Below are positions 63,845-64,000 of a stretch of 64,000 nt of DNA, one piece after another. This stretch comes from Podarcis vaucheri (lineage: Eukaryota). The stretch is taken from NCBI GenBank assembly GCA_965113315.1, contig OZ220372.1; one strand, given 5' to 3'. The notes beneath the pieces are model-generated. The model was given only the letters and a program-made list of their open reading frames with translations. It was not told the DNA's origin and made no database searches. Position 1 is the first letter of the stretch. Every line of letters starts with the position of its first letter. The position numbers and the translations under genes were made by a program.

Positions 63845-64000
63845 AAAAGGTAAAGGACCCCTGACAGTTAAGTCCAGTCGTGAACAACTCTGGGGTTGCG
63901 GCGCTCATCTCGCTTTACTGGCCGAGGGAGCTGACGTTTGTCTGCAGACAGCTTCCGGGTTATGTGGCCAGCATGACTAAGCCGCTTCTGGCGAAACCAG
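63845..64000 (-). mobile_element. Sauria SINE 3' part (runs off window); a short 3' fragment also at 55575-55621
   Basis: AAAGGTAAAGGACCCC tail and conserved body. Confidence 0.88.

Overview
This is vertebrate genomic DNA, almost certainly a squamate and most likely a lacertid lizard (inferred from the many Sauria SINE copies). It spans the intergenic interval between two minus-strand genes in the same order and orientation as in mammals. One is NAMPT (CpG-island promoter, coding exon 1 at 2716-2775 and the start of intron 1). The other is the intronless CCDC71L (first ATG 58501, stop 57734). The ~55 kb between them is mostly transposable-element debris: Sauria SINEs, L2/CR1/L1/RTE-X-like LINE fragments, solo LTRs, TA-flanked Tc1/mariner-type MITEs, hAT MITEs with 8-bp TSDs. 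A dead full-length Tc1 element lies upstream of CCDC71L. The most unusual structure is at 27.1-29.5 kb. Two degenerate fragments of an SLC35G3/AMAC1-like transporter gene are each fused to the same hAT/Charlie-type transposon end, and an inverted copy of the apparent empty target site lies next to the second one. This is a candidate gene-capturing (Pack-type) hAT element that moved locally. Also notable: a stranded 5'ETS-like + 18S rRNA fragment (39.0-39.6 kb); CCAAT-repeat solo LTRs pointing at NAMPT; a STAT/NF-kB-like composite site in the NAMPT promoter; and an ATG-less, in-frame open leader on CCDC71L. Most short ORFs in the supplied track are non-coding noise. Family names come from my recognition of motifs; no database searches were run.
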